Shown here piece after piece: positions 19,861 to 20,000 of a DNA stretch of 20,000 nucleotides. The first letter of the stretch is position 1. Every line of letters starts with the position of its first letter. The notes under the pieces are model-generated. The model saw only the letters and a list, made by a program, of their open reading frames with translations. It had not been told where the DNA came from and did not search any database. The DNA lies in assembly GCF_004010195.1 (NCBI RefSeq), contig NC_057719.1, forward strand, positions 56,036,950 to 56,056,949, read 5' to 3'. This DNA comes from Chiloscyllium plagiosum (lineage: Eukaryota). The translations under genes were made by a program, and so were the position numbers.

Positions 19861-20000
19861 ACTGTAAGACATAATGGATGTTGGTCTGCCTTCCCCCCCC
19901 CGTTTTGGTTTATATCCCCTCCCTTTTTTTTTCTTACCTTATTGCTTAATATTATTATGGGGGGTGGGGAGAGGGATTTGATTTTCTCCCCCCCCCCCCC

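Larger units (their letters stand above)
18832..20000 (+). mobile_element. Young L1-clade LINE: 5' end, ORF1 and inter-ORF spacer; continues beyond the window
   Basis: Starts GGGGATCCAAGATGGCGGCG, about 170-bp 5' UTR, intact ORF1, retained CpGs, then poly-C/poly-T/G-rich spacer. Confidence 0.93.

Noticed and set aside
1..20000. Prokaryotic systems (CRISPR, operons, retrons, defence loci), rRNA or true tRNA genes
   Set aside because: The sequence is vertebrate repeat-rich DNA. No repeat-spacer array or gene-dense region is present, and the only tRNA-like sequence is a decayed SINE head.

Overview
Eukaryotic, repeat-dense, essentially non-genic DNA. The repeat families (HER1-type CR1 LINEs, an HE1/V-SINE, a SacSINE1-like DeuSINE) point to a cartilaginous fish (shark); this is an inference. 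The window is a mosaic of nested, mostly decayed elements: about nine CR1 fragments, one CR1/L2-group LINE 3' end, two SINEs, two probable Harbinger Myb/SANT relics and four Penelope-like (PLE) pieces. It ends in a young L1 with an intact 5' end and a 285-aa ORF1 (19003-19860), the only convincing intact CDS. The most notable signal is that all four PLE pieces carry a minimal type-I hammerhead ribozyme core (CUGANGA-A-GGGC-loop-GCCC-GAAA-CGUC). Two of these pieces are tiny (about 140 and 200 bp) non-coding insertions with inverted arms and 14-15 bp target-site duplications, and their arm boundaries coincide with the ribozyme. Other oddities: a CR1 with ORF1 fused to mid-RT, a 26-bp templated insertion at a deletion junction, a perfect 23-bp-stem hairpin and a weak candidate host exon. 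Most ORFs in the supplied track are transposon debris or spurious. Boundaries of old elements are approximate, and family names come from my recognition of motifs, not from a database search.
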